Assembly: GCF_004343035.1 (NCBI RefSeq) | Contig: NZ_SMCQ01000019.1 | Span: forward strand, 19,833-43,832 | DNA from: Longibaculum muris | GTDB lineage: Bacteria > Bacillota_I > Bacilli_A > Erysipelotrichales > Coprobacillaceae | Reading direction: 5' to 3' | Length of the DNA: 24,000 nucleotides | Shown here: positions 7,464 through 16,690 of the stretch, piece after piece | Position numbering within the stretch: position 1 is the first letter of the stretch | Layout: every line of letters starts with the position of its first letter | Notes under the pieces: model-generated | What the model was told of the DNA's origin: nothing | The model's input: the letters and a program-made list of their open reading frames with translations, nothing else | The model's database searches: none | Translations under genes and position numbers: made by a program

Positions 7464-8805
7464 AAATCTGGACTCCCAATTGTTTCATTTCTTTTTGAAT
7501 TAAGAACATAGTGATTAAAAAAGCCACCAAATCAGCAATCGGTACAGCAATAAAGACTCCATATAATCCAAAAATCAATGAAAGAATTAAAATAAATGGA
7601 ATCAATAATAAGCATTGTCTTAATAAATTTAAAAAGCTAGATTGTTTAACCATCCCAATAGCTTGAAAGAAATTGGCACACATTGTTTGACAACCAACAA
7701 TAGGTAAACAAATAAACCATATTCTTAAAGCTGTACTTCCTAGTTTAATAATTTCTGGTTCTTGATTAAACATTGAAATAATCATACCTGGGAAAAATTG
7801 AATAGCTAAAAAACCTACTACTGAAATTATACTTGAAGCAATAATTGTATATTTTAATGTTTCTTTCACACGATCAACTCTTTTAGCACCAAAATTATAA
7901 CTAATGATAGGTTGCTGTCCTTGGGTCATACCAATTAAAGGCATCAACATTAAAGTTTGAACACTGGTAATAATACCTACTGTAGAAATTGCTGTATCTC
8001 CACCATATTTCCCTAATGTTCCATTAATCACAATATTTAATAAACTCGTAGAAAGCTGCATCAAAAAGGCAGGTAAGCCAGTTTTAAGAATCATATATGT
8101 TAAATGTTTCTTGAGTTTTAAATGCGCTAAACGACATTGAATCATACTACGCTTACCAAATAGGAAAGTGAGTTGCCAAACCATACTTAAAAATTGTCCA
8201 CCAATCGTTGCTAGAGCAGCACCTTCCATCCCCATATGACATTTCACAATGAAAATATAATCAAACACAATATTAAATCCTGCTCCTAACAATTGTGAAA
8301 CCATTGCATTTCTAGCATTTCCCTGTGCTCTTGAGAAGTTATTTCCACAAATCGCCACACACTGAAAAACTGCTCCATATAAGATAATACTTAAATATGC
8401 TCGTGCATGTGGTAAAACAGCCTCACTCGCTCCTAATAATATCAAAATAGGATTCATAAAAAGATTCCCAAAAACCATAAAAATAAGACCAAAAAGAACT
8501 GTAATCATCAAGGCATTTCCTTGATAATACTGAGCTTCATCATCTTCCTTAGCACCTAAAGCAATTGAAAAACGAGTTGCTCCACCAACTCCAGCCATTA
8601 AACTCAATGCCATTAAAATAAGCGTTACAGGATAAGATATTGTTATTCCAGCAAGTCCAAGTGAACCCAATTGTGGTGCATTTCCAATAAACATTCTATC
8701 AACAATATTATAAATAGCATTAACAATCATTCCTATCATTGCTGGAATCGAAAGTTCTATTAACAAAGGTAAAACTTTGCCATTTTCCATTTTATCTTTA
8801 TTCAT
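7456..8805 (-). CDS. MATE-family efflux transporter
   Basis: LSIPAMIGMIVNAIYNIVDRMFIGNAPQLGSLGLAGITISYPV...GVGGATRFSIALGAK; about 12 TM, 449 aa. Confidence 0.95.
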   Translation of the reverse strand: MNKDKMENGKVLPLLIELSIPAMIGMIVNAIYNIVDRMFIGNAPQLGSLGLAGITISYPVTLILMALSLMAGVGGATRFSIALGAKEDDEAQYYQGNALMITVLFGLIFMVFGNLFMNPILILLGASEAVLPHARAYLSIILYGAVFQCVAICGNNFSRAQGNARNAMVSQLLGAGFNIVFDYIFIVKCHMGMEGAALATIGGQFLSMVWQLTFLFGKRSMIQCRLAHLKLKKHLTYMILKTGLPAFLMQLSTSLLNIVINGTLGKYGGDTAISTVGIITSVQTLMLMPLIGMTQGQQPIISYNFGAKRVDRVKETLKYTIIASSIISVVGFLAIQFFPGMIISMFNQEPEIIKLGSTALRIWFICLPIVGCQTMCANFFQAIGMVKQSSFLNLLRQCLLLIPFILILSLIFGLYGVFIAVPIADLVAFLITMFLIQKEMKQLGVQIYE

Positions 8806-8829
8806 ATAATCATCTCCTACATCAGCGTT

Positions 8830-8858
8830 ATCTTAAACTTTCTTTAAATATTTGTCAA
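8830..8858 (-). promoter_or_regulatory. sigmaA-type promoter of MATE-MarR operon
   Basis: On - strand TTGACA-17 nt-TAAGAT; AAGGTACCTT palindrome at 8857-8866 abuts the -35. Confidence 0.7.
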
Positions 8859-8881
8859 GGTACCTTACTATTAACTAAAGA

Positions 8882-8904
8882 AAAAAGACAAATCTTGTCT
8901 TTTT
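8882..8904 (-). terminator. terminator of folD cluster
   Basis: AAAAAGACAA-ATC-TTGTCTTTTT hairpin at the yjbQ stop codon. Confidence 0.75.
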
Positions 8905-9304
8905 AACCTTCTAAAACTTTAACATAATATGTTCTATTTCTAGGACCATCAAATTCACACAAATAAATTCCCTGCCATGTTCCTAAAATTATTTTTCCTT
9001 CACTAACAATAAATGTCTGACTTGCATTAAAAATAGTTGACTTCATATGTGCATGTGAATTTCCTTCAAAATGATGATAATCAGGATGATTAGTTGGAAA
9101 GGCTCTTTCAAAGCCATTCAACATATCTCTCACAACATCTGGATCAGCATTTTCATTGATTGTAATACCGGCAGTGGTATGTGGTGTATATACCACAATA
9201 ATCCCATCTTTTATTTGTGATTTTTTTAAATCTTCTTGAATTTGTTGAGTGATATCATGCATTTGCATTCTTTTAGAGAATTGATATTGATGTTTAAATA
9301 ACAT
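8903..9304 (-). CDS. YjbQ family (UPF0047) protein, secondary thiamine-phosphate synthase-like
   Basis: YTPHTTAGITINENADPDVVRDML...HAHMKSTIFNASQTFIVSEGKIILGTWQGIYLCEFDGPRNRTYYVKVL. Confidence 0.95.
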   Translation of the reverse strand: MLFKHQYQFSKRMQMHDITQQIQEDLKKSQIKDGIIVVYTPHTTAGITINENADPDVVRDMLNGFERAFPTNHPDYHHFEGNSHAHMKSTIFNASQTFIVSEGKIILGTWQGIYLCEFDGPRNRTYYVKVLEG

Positions 9305-9307
9305 AGT

Positions 9308-9781
9308 CTATCCAATCTCCTTTGCATACCATCGATCACAGGCATAATGTGGACCTTCAGTAATTGGGACAGCTAATGGAACAAAACCATTTTTAACATA
9401 AAATTTATTGGCTGCAACCATGTTGGCAAATGTTTCTAAATAAATCAATGTATAGTGTTTTTTAGCAAATTCTATTGATAAATCAAGTAGTTGTTGAGCA
9501 ATTCCTGTTCCTCTTATTTCTTTTCGACAATACATTTTTTGTAGTTCACAAACATCATAGTAGCCATCAACCGGACCAATTCCACATCCCCCAACAACAT
9601 GACCATCTTTTTCTACAACTAGATATTGATAAAAATGAGAGCTATATGTTTCATAAAATTTGTCAAGGTTAGGATCTTCCCAGGCACATCCAGGTTTATC
9701 GGCACCAAATTCAATTAAACAATCTCTAATAAGTTTTTCTACTTCTGCATTGTCTTTAGGTTCTATTTTTCTAATTTTCAT
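9308..9781 (-). CDS. GNAT-family N-acetyltransferase
   Basis: MQKMYCRKEIRGTGIAQQLLDLSIEFAKKHYTLIYLETFANMVAANKFYVKNGF. Confidence 0.92.
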   Translation of the reverse strand: MKIRKIEPKDNAEVEKLIRDCLIEFGADKPGCAWEDPNLDKFYETYSSHFYQYLVVEKDGHVVGGCGIGPVDGYYDVCELQKMYCRKEIRGTGIAQQLLDLSIEFAKKHYTLIYLETFANMVAANKFYVKNGFVPLAVPITEGPHYACDRWYAKEIG

Positions 9782-9962
9782 CTGCTGGAATCACCTTTTT
9801 TAAACGTTTTTCAAAATCTCGACGAGAGAACATAATAATTGCTCCACAACCTAAACACTTGATTTTAATATCAGCACCCATTCGAATAATTTTCCATTGA
9901 TTAGATTTCTTACATGGATGTTGCTTTTTCATTTCAACAATATCATTTAAATTATATTCCAT
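9771..9962 (-). CDS. DUF951 family small protein
   Basis: YNLNDIVEMKKQHPCKKSNQWKIIRMGADIKIKCLGCGAIIMFSRRDFEKRLKKVI, typical small DUF951 protein. Confidence 0.88.
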   Translation of the reverse strand: MEYNLNDIVEMKKQHPCKKSNQWKIIRMGADIKIKCLGCGAIIMFSRRDFEKRLKKVIPADEN

Positions 9963-9968
9963 AGATAT

Positions 9969-10814
9969 TTACTCCTCTCTATTATAATAAGCTTTTAATG
10001 TATTCTCCAATAACATAGCTATAGTCATAGGTCCTATTCCACCTGGAACAGGTGTTATGTATGAAACAATATCTTTAACATCTTGATAATCGACATCACC
10101 ACAAAGTTTATCATTCTCATCACGATCCATTCCTACATCTAAAACCACTGCCCCTGGTTTGACATAATCCTTAGTAAAGAATTTTGCTTGCCCAATTGCG
10201 GCAATTAAAACATCCGCACGTTGACAGACTTCCTTTAAATTTTCAGTACGTGAATGAGCAATTGTAACTGTTGCATTTCTTTGTAAGCAAAGTAAAGAAA
10301 CTGGTTTCCCTACAATATTACTTCTTCCTACAACTACCACTTCTTTACCTGTTAAATCATAATGAATCTCATCTAATAAAACCATCATCCCCTGTGGTGT
10401 ACAAGGTACCAGTCCATCTTGTCCCAAGAATAATTTTGCAACATTGATTGGATGAAAACCATCGACATCTTTTTTAGGATCAATTAAATCTAAGATTTTT
10501 TCTTCATGAATATGTTGAGGTAATGGCAATTGAACTAAAATTCCATCAACTGTTTCATCATGATTTAATCTTTCTATTACTTGAATAAGTTCATCTTCTA
10601 AAACAGATTCATCTAATCTCATTATTTCTGATAACATGCCTACATAAGCACAAGCTTTTTCTTTATTACGTACATAGACTTGACTTGCTTGATTATTTCC
10701 TACTAATATAACAACTAATTTAGGAATTCTTTTTCCTTCATTTTGTAACTGTTGTATTTTTTGTTTAATTTCATCTTTACGCTTTAATGATACATTTTTT
10801 CCATCAATATTCAT
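9969..10814 (-). CDS. folD: bifunctional methylenetetrahydrofolate dehydrogenase/methenyltetrahydrofolate cyclohydrolase
   Basis: VGNNQASQVYVRNKEKACAYVGM, DGILVQLPLPQHI, PCTPQGMMVLL, VVGRSNIVGKPVSLLCL, YITPVPGGIGPMTIAMLLENT. Confidence 0.98.
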   Translation of the reverse strand: MNIDGKNVSLKRKDEIKQKIQQLQNEGKRIPKLVVILVGNNQASQVYVRNKEKACAYVGMLSEIMRLDESVLEDELIQVIERLNHDETVDGILVQLPLPQHIHEEKILDLIDPKKDVDGFHPINVAKLFLGQDGLVPCTPQGMMVLLDEIHYDLTGKEVVVVGRSNIVGKPVSLLCLQRNATVTIAHSRTENLKEVCQRADVLIAAIGQAKFFTKDYVKPGAVVLDVGMDRDENDKLCGDVDYQDVKDIVSYITPVPGGIGPMTIAMLLENTLKAYYNREE

Positions 10815-10841
10815 TCAGAACCCCTCCTTCTGATTGACATT

Positions 10842-10870
10842 ATTATAATTGAAATTCACTTTATTGTAAA
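10842..10870 (-). promoter_or_regulatory. sigmaA-type promoter of folD operon
   Basis: On - strand TTTACA-17 nt-TATAAT. Confidence 0.72.
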
Positions 10871-10944
10871 CCAAAATAGAACATCCCTAAGATTCCATGA
10901 ACACATTTTCTTTATAACCATAAATTATAAGAGGAAGTGATCTT

Positions 10945-11811
10945 ATGAATTATAAAGAAACAGTCTATCGTGTTTCTTTTTTAACCATGATAGTTAATTT
11001 TATTTTATCAGTATTTAAATTCCTTGCTGGTCTTTATGGTCATTCGCATGCAATGATCAGTGACTCTATTCATTCATTAAGTGATGTTATGACGACTATC
11101 GTTGTAATGATTGGTGTTCATTTCTCAAGTATGCCTTCTGATCATGAACATCCTTATGGACATGAACGAATGGAATGTATTGCAGCCATGATTTTATCTA
11201 TTTTACTTATTTTTACTGGTTTACAAATTGGTTACAATAGTTTCCTATCCATCATTCATCCCCAAGCATTAACTCCTAGTTTCATTGCACTGATTGCTGC
11301 ATTTATCTCTATTTTCACCAAAGAAATCATGTACTGGTATACGCGTTATTATGCCAAACGAATCCACTCTCCGTCATTAATGGCTGATGCCTATCATCAT
11401 CGTAGTGATGCTTTATCTTCTATTGGTAGTTTGATTGGGATTAGTGGTGCTATGCTAGGTGTTCAATGGTTGGATCCATTAGCGGGAGTTTGTATTAGTT
11501 TATGTGTTTTAAAACCTGGTATTTCGATTTTTTATGACGCTACTGTGAAAATGGTGGATCATAGTTGTGATGATATTGTTTATAATCAATTAATTGATTT
11601 TATTTTAAAACAAAAGAATGTTATTTCAATTGATTCATTAAAGACAAGGTTGTTTAGTGAAAAATATTATGTTGATTTAGAAATTGGGGTTGATGAAAAC
11701 TTCTCATTAAAAAAAGCTCATCAAATTGCTCATGAAGTCCATGATGCCCTAGAAAAAGCGTTTCCTGATATTAAACATTGTATGATTCATGTAAATCCAA
11801 AAGCAAAGTGA
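10945..11811 (+). CDS. cation diffusion facilitator (CDF) family transporter
   Basis: MISDSIHSLSDVMTTIVVMIGVHFSSMPSDHEHPYGHERME, SLMADAYHHRSDALSSIGSLIG, HCMIHVNPK. Confidence 0.96.
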   Translation: MNYKETVYRVSFLTMIVNFILSVFKFLAGLYGHSHAMISDSIHSLSDVMTTIVVMIGVHFSSMPSDHEHPYGHERMECIAAMILSILLIFTGLQIGYNSFLSIIHPQALTPSFIALIAAFISIFTKEIMYWYTRYYAKRIHSPSLMADAYHHRSDALSSIGSLIGISGAMLGVQWLDPLAGVCISLCVLKPGISIFYDATVKMVDHSCDDIVYNQLIDFILKQKNVISIDSLKTRLFSEKYYVDLEIGVDENFSLKKAHQIAHEVHDALEKAFPDIKHCMIHVNPKAK

Positions 11812-11867
11812 CATTTTTCTACTATTTCTTATGACTTATGATAAAATGGAATTAAGAGGTGATGGTC

Positions 11868-12710
11868 ATGAAAAAACTACTTATTTTTTTAACTTGCTTA
11901 TTAATGTTTTGTCCCTCTCGTGTATTTGCGGATACAGGCCCAAAGCCTAGTGTTAAAATAACAATCCATGGCTTACAAGAAAAAGCCTATGTGACACTTC
12001 TTTCAAAAGAAGCAAGTTCTGGACCTTTTGGTGTTTATGAGAATGATGAAGAAACTGATCATTTTAACAATGAATTTGGTCCTGATGAAGTTTGGAAAGC
12101 CTTTATTAATTATCAGGATAAAGATGGTTTTTACTTTATTTCTTATTTTCAAGAATGCACGGATACATTTCAATGGAATTACTATCCACCAAATGAATTT
12201 AAAGTGCTTATTTATTTTCCTGAATCTCAAAGTTTTATAACCAGTTCAAAATCATATGAACGTTATGCATTTGAAAGTTTTTACACCATTTCATTAGATC
12301 AACAAGCATCCTTCCCGACACAAAAAGGTATTCATGAAATTGATATGGATATCAAAAAAGAAATCTTCTTTAATGAAGTCACATATCATTTTATAGAACG
12401 TGTTGTTGTAACTATTCTTATTGAATTACTGATTGCGCTTTGTTTCCAAATCAAGAAAAAAAGAGAATTAAAGATTATTGTGTTAACCAATATAGCGACA
12501 CAGATATTACTCAATTTTATGTTACAAATGTTAAGTGTCTATTATATATCAGTCTTTGCTTTTCTATGTTATACACTTTTAGAGATTGCGGTTATTTATA
12601 TCGAAGCCAAAATTTATCAAAAATATATGAAAGACCATAGTAAAGGTGAACTCATAGGTTATGCTACTGTTGCTAATATTCTTTCCTTGTTGATTGGATT
12701 TGCTATATAA
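11868..12710 (+). CDS. uncharacterised protein with signal peptide, extracytoplasmic domain and C-terminal TM helices
   Basis: MKKLLIFLTCLLMFCPSRVFA signal peptide; C-terminal hydrophobic helices. AAGAGGTGAT SD favours ATG 11868 over track start 11859. Confidence 0.78.
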   Translation: MKKLLIFLTCLLMFCPSRVFADTGPKPSVKITIHGLQEKAYVTLLSKEASSGPFGVYENDEETDHFNNEFGPDEVWKAFINYQDKDGFYFISYFQECTDTFQWNYYPPNEFKVLIYFPESQSFITSSKSYERYAFESFYTISLDQQASFPTQKGIHEIDMDIKKEIFFNEVTYHFIERVVVTILIELLIALCFQIKKKRELKIIVLTNIATQILLNFMLQMLSVYYISVFAFLCYTLLEIAVIYIEAKIYQKYMKDHSKGELIGYATVANILSLLIGFAI

Positions 12711-12752
12711 AAAAGCCAAGATATGTCTGTTTAAAGATATATCTTGGTTTTT
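12711..12752 (+). terminator. intrinsic terminator
   Basis: GCCAAGATATGTCT...AGATATATCTTGGTTTTT stem with GU pairs and T tract, between convergent genes. Confidence 0.75.
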
Positions 12753-12759
12753 ATGTAAT

Positions 12760-14193
12760 TTATTTTATTCTTTTAATAATATCTCTTGCGATTAAGATAC
12801 CATTAGCCCCTGCTTGAGCAAGTCCTCTGGTTAATCCAGCACCATCTCCGCCAACATATAATCCATCAATTTCACTTTCAAAACCTTCTCTCACTTTTGG
12901 TCTTGCTGAATAGAATTTTGCTTCTACACCATAAAGTAAAGTATGTTCATTGGCAATTCCTGGAGTGACATGATCAAGTGCTTCAATCATTTCAATAATT
13001 GATTTCATTGTATTGTATGGAAGAACCAATCCTAAGTCTCCTGGTACAGCCTCAGGTAATGTTGGAATTGTATAACCTTCTTTTAAACGTTTTTCAGTTG
13101 TACGTCTCCCTCTTTTGATATCACCATATCTTTGTACAATAATACTTCCATGTGATAACATATTGGCAAGTCTTGCAACTTCATGAGCAAATTCATTTGG
13201 TTCATTAAATGGTTCACTAAAAACATGAGAAACAAGTAATGCAAAGTTTGTATTAGGACTTCCTAATTTTGGATCATGATAAGCATGTCCATTTGCTAAC
13301 ATTGTTCCTGAATGATTTTCCACAACCACATGTCCACTTGGATTTGAACAGAAAGTACGTACTTTTGTTCCTACAGATGCATTGTATACAAATTTACCTT
13401 CATATAAATTCTTATTAATTTCATCCATAACAATATTGTTTGTTTCTACACGTACACCAATATCAACTTGATTATTATATAAATCCAATCCTTGATTCTT
13501 TAAAACTTTTGTTAACCAAGTTGAACCATCTCTACCTGGTGCTAACACAACATAAGATGCTTTAATTTCTTCACCATTTTCTAATACAATCCCTTGTACA
13601 CGATTGTTTTCTACAATAATATCTTTAACAGCTGTTTTAAAAGCCATATCAATATGTTCTTTTAATTCATTAGACATTTCTGTCATAATTCTTAAGTTTT
13701 CTTCTGTTCCAAGGTGTCTTACTTTTGCACGAAGAAGCTTTAATCCAACTGCATATCCACGTCTTTCAATATCTTTAATCTTATCTGTTGTAGGATCAGT
13801 GATTTCATGAGTTGCTCCATGTTTTAAATACAATTCATCAACATATTGAATCACTTCTTCTACTTCTTGGTTATCTAAGTAATCCGTTAACCAACCACCA
13901 AATTCACTAGTAATATTGAATTTTCCATCTGAATATGCTCCTGCTCCACCAAAACCTGAAGTTATTGAACATGCTGGTAAACATCCTGGTTCATGTTCTT
14001 TAATTTGTGGACAGCTTTTAATTTTCTTGTCTTTTATCGGACAATGACGATACATAACATCATGACCTTTATCAACTAAAAGAACTTTTAAGTCTGGATT
14101 TTTCAAATACAATTCATAACTTGTCATAATTCCTGCTGGTCCAGCTCCAACAATAATAACATCATAACTTTTTTGCATAAAAAAACGCCTCAT
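12760..14193 (-). CDS. NAD(P)/FAD-dependent oxidoreductase (COG2509-like uncharacterised FAD-dependent dehydrogenase)
   Basis: YDVIIVGAGPAGIMTSYELYLKNPDLKVLLVDKG; CSITSGFGGAGAYSDGKFNITSEFGG; LYVGGDGAGLTRGLAQAGANGILIARDI. Start may be internal ATG at about 14178. Confidence 0.92.
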   Translation of the reverse strand: MRRFFMQKSYDVIIVGAGPAGIMTSYELYLKNPDLKVLLVDKGHDVMYRHCPIKDKKIKSCPQIKEHEPGCLPACSITSGFGGAGAYSDGKFNITSEFGGWLTDYLDNQEVEEVIQYVDELYLKHGATHEITDPTTDKIKDIERRGYAVGLKLLRAKVRHLGTEENLRIMTEMSNELKEHIDMAFKTAVKDIIVENNRVQGIVLENGEEIKASYVVLAPGRDGSTWLTKVLKNQGLDLYNNQVDIGVRVETNNIVMDEINKNLYEGKFVYNASVGTKVRTFCSNPSGHVVVENHSGTMLANGHAYHDPKLGSPNTNFALLVSHVFSEPFNEPNEFAHEVARLANMLSHGSIIVQRYGDIKRGRRTTEKRLKEGYTIPTLPEAVPGDLGLVLPYNTMKSIIEMIEALDHVTPGIANEHTLLYGVEAKFYSARPKVREGFESEIDGLYVGGDGAGLTRGLAQAGANGILIARDIIKRIK

Positions 14194-14223
14194 TTCTGGG
14201 CATAAAATGAATTATCCTTACTT

Positions 14224-14253
14224 ATTATATTCATATTTTGAAACAATTGTCAA
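14224..14253 (-). promoter_or_regulatory. sigmaA-type promoter of FAD oxidoreductase gene
   Basis: On - strand TTGACA-18 nt-TATAAT. Confidence 0.75.
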
Positions 14254-14294
14254 CGAAAACAAGTTTCGACTTCTGATAACTTGTTTTCGTTAAC
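14249..14294. repeat. long inverted repeat overlapping the -35
   Basis: GTCAACGAAAACAAGTT-12 nt-AACTTGTTTTCGTTAAC, 17-bp arms with one mismatch. Confidence 0.85.
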
Positions 14295-14296
14295 TT

Positions 14297-16627
14297 TTAT
14301 TGAAATTGCTTAGCCAATTGCTGATAAGCTGCATTATATTTTCGTTTCTGTAACATCGTAAAGAAATACTTATCAAACAATAAATCAAGCTTCTCACGAA
14401 GCATCTGCATAAATTCCTTCATTGGCATTTGTGCTTGTTCAACACCATTTACATAAAAATAAATAATATTATTTATAATCTTTGCAGATTTCACATCATG
14501 ATTATCTTGATAACTCCAACCATCTAAAAGTGATGCTAATAAACTTCTGATTCTTGATTCATAAACAGCTCTCATCAAAAACGCATGTTCATCTTTTCCA
14601 TCAGTAAAATCATCATAGAAAATATAATGTTTTATCCATTCTTCTTGAAGATGAGAATAATTGTTTTGATAAAATTCATATTCTTGAGATAATAAATCTG
14701 TTAAATCTAATGAACTTAAAATTTTATGATGAAAATCATGAACCAAATAATATTTTTTAGATTTCTTCCCTTTCATAAGCAAACCAGCTTTTTCAATTCC
14801 CATTTTTCCAATAACTTCATAAGATTCATCTATTGAGATTGCTTGATCCTCCATAGCAAAATATTGAGGATTTTTTTGTACAAATTCTGAATCATTCAAG
14901 TACAAATAAAAATTAACATCTTTATTTGTAATAATAGTAGGCATAGGCATATCTTGACAAGATAAAAATTCTAACAAATATTTATTTCTTTGTTGAACAG
15001 ATTGTTTTAACCAATTTGATAGATTTGGCATATCAATTAAATGATTTAAAAAGTTAAGAAAATCTTCGGTTTGTTGTTTGATAATATGTATGTTCCAATT
15101 CTTTGCATAGTCTAGTTGAATAAGTTCATGATATTGATTTTCATCAACTGATATGTTTAGTTTAGTCAATTGGCTTAAAGGACTCCAATCTTGAATAGGA
15201 CAATTATAGATAATTAATTCAGTTAATTGATGAAGCCAAGAAAGTTGACTTATATCAGTTAAAGGATTTTCACTTATATCTAAACTTTTTAATTGTTGGA
15301 GGTCTAAAAGAAATGATATGTCTTTTAATTGTGTATTTGCCAGAACAAGTTTTTTTAAAGATTGACAATAAGTTAATGGAGAGAAATCTTGTATGGTAGA
15401 GTAATGAGTTGCATTGAGATTTGTTAAATTTGAAGCATAGGACAAAACATCAATTGAATCTATTATACTAAAGTCATGAGAATAGTATGGACAATATTTT
15501 GTAAAATCTAAGACTTTGATTTTTTGCATATCTTCAATTGTAATAGGTGAAAGAGAAGAACGTGAAAAACAATTATTGATATAGTAACGTAAACGATTGT
15601 TTTTTATAAATAGTTTTTGTCTTAAATCTTGTTTATCGATATTTTCATAAAGATATTGTTTATATTTTTGTGGATCTTGACTTAAAATAGTTCTGACACA
15701 TTCACGAATATCTTGATTTTGATGATTTTTAAAAGCAAGTATTTCATCCAAGTTTTCATCTAAATAATAAGATAAGATAGATAATGAACGAAGGATTATT
15801 GGAATATTATTTAATGATAATAGAGTTTTGATTTCTGTCTTATAATGCATGATTGAATCTTTTTGATAGGTTTCAATAATTTCTAGCCAATATAAATACA
15901 TTTCATAATCATCAATATTTAAGAATAATTGATGAAGCATATTTTCACATTGTTCATCCCCTTGATAACAAAATAAAGCAGCTAAATTCAATTGTTGTGC
16001 TTGATTAGCATTCGTATAATATTCATGTAATTGATTGAATGAAATTTGTGATAATCCTTTAAATTTATAGAGTGAGTATAATGTTTTATCAAAGTCATCA
16101 GATAAATGTGCAAGAACATTCTCTTGATTTCCTAAGAATTGAATCCCAAAATACTGTGTATCATATCCACTCAATGTTTCCTTCAAGAAAGCTCTATACC
16201 ATTCATCAAAGGAAGCATAGAACTGTGGTAAATAATCTAGATGATCCAAATCAATACTTACCATTTGTCCATAATATTCACCTTGACAATATAACCCATG
16301 TAAAACATGGCAATCAGCTACCAACAATAATAAACCATTTCCATAATCATACCCTTGTTTAATCATATTTTGCCATTCTTGAATTGTTGTATAGGGCGTT
16401 AAGCTTGGCTCTTTATCATTATAATAATAAAAAGCAATTTCTAATGGCTGTAAACCACTTGATGGACCAAAACCTCCATCACCAAAATGCATTAAGAATT
16501 GTTGATATTCTAAAGGAATTTGAACTTGATATTGATGTTCATATTTACGAATATCATGTTGTGTGAGTGCTTGATAAAAAGATACATCTATTCCTTGTGA
16601 TAATAATTCATTTATTTTTGATTGCAT
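14297..16627 (-). CDS. large protein: N-terminal SMI1/KNR4 (SUKH)-like domain, helical region, leucine-rich repeats, uncharacterised C-terminus
   Basis: N-term IRKYEHQYQVQIPLEYQQFLMHFGDGGFGPSSGLQPL; LRR LKKLVLANTQLKDISFLLDLQQLKSLDISENPLTDISQLSWLHQLTELIIYNCPI. Start revised from 16636 (GTG inside SD AGAGGTG) to ATG 16627. Confidence 0.82.
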   Translation of the reverse strand: MQSKINELLSQGIDVSFYQALTQHDIRKYEHQYQVQIPLEYQQFLMHFGDGGFGPSSGLQPLEIAFYYYNDKEPSLTPYTTIQEWQNMIKQGYDYGNGLLLLVADCHVLHGLYCQGEYYGQMVSIDLDHLDYLPQFYASFDEWYRAFLKETLSGYDTQYFGIQFLGNQENVLAHLSDDFDKTLYSLYKFKGLSQISFNQLHEYYTNANQAQQLNLAALFCYQGDEQCENMLHQLFLNIDDYEMYLYWLEIIETYQKDSIMHYKTEIKTLLSLNNIPIILRSLSILSYYLDENLDEILAFKNHQNQDIRECVRTILSQDPQKYKQYLYENIDKQDLRQKLFIKNNRLRYYINNCFSRSSLSPITIEDMQKIKVLDFTKYCPYYSHDFSIIDSIDVLSYASNLTNLNATHYSTIQDFSPLTYCQSLKKLVLANTQLKDISFLLDLQQLKSLDISENPLTDISQLSWLHQLTELIIYNCPIQDWSPLSQLTKLNISVDENQYHELIQLDYAKNWNIHIIKQQTEDFLNFLNHLIDMPNLSNWLKQSVQQRNKYLLEFLSCQDMPMPTIITNKDVNFYLYLNDSEFVQKNPQYFAMEDQAISIDESYEVIGKMGIEKAGLLMKGKKSKKYYLVHDFHHKILSSLDLTDLLSQEYEFYQNNYSHLQEEWIKHYIFYDDFTDGKDEHAFLMRAVYESRIRSLLASLLDGWSYQDNHDVKSAKIINNIIYFYVNGVEQAQMPMKEFMQMLREKLDLLFDKYFFTMLQKRKYNAAYQQLAKQFQ

Positions 16628-16663
16628 GATAAACACCTCTTTTTTTATTATGTATCAAATAAA

Positions 16664-16690
16664 AAGAAAAAGCCAGTATTCGTACTGGCT
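16664..16690 (-). terminator. intrinsic terminator of GH1-DAK-AEC cluster
   Basis: On - strand AGCCAGTA-CGAA-TACTGGCT followed by TTTTCTTTTT. Confidence 0.85.

Noticed and set aside
9475-9672. 65-aa + strand ORF rich in His/Gln
   Set aside because: Antisense shadow of the GNAT gene.
12003-12640. Three short ORFs (12003-12230 -, 12028-12240 +, 12440-12640 +)
   Set aside because: All out-of-frame or antisense inside the membrane-protein CDS.
13604-13810. 68-aa + strand ORF
   Set aside because: Antisense shadow of the FAD oxidoreductase gene.
16072-16566. Two + strand ORFs of 96 and 60 aa
   Set aside because: Antisense shadows of the SUKH/LRR gene; no SD or family signal.
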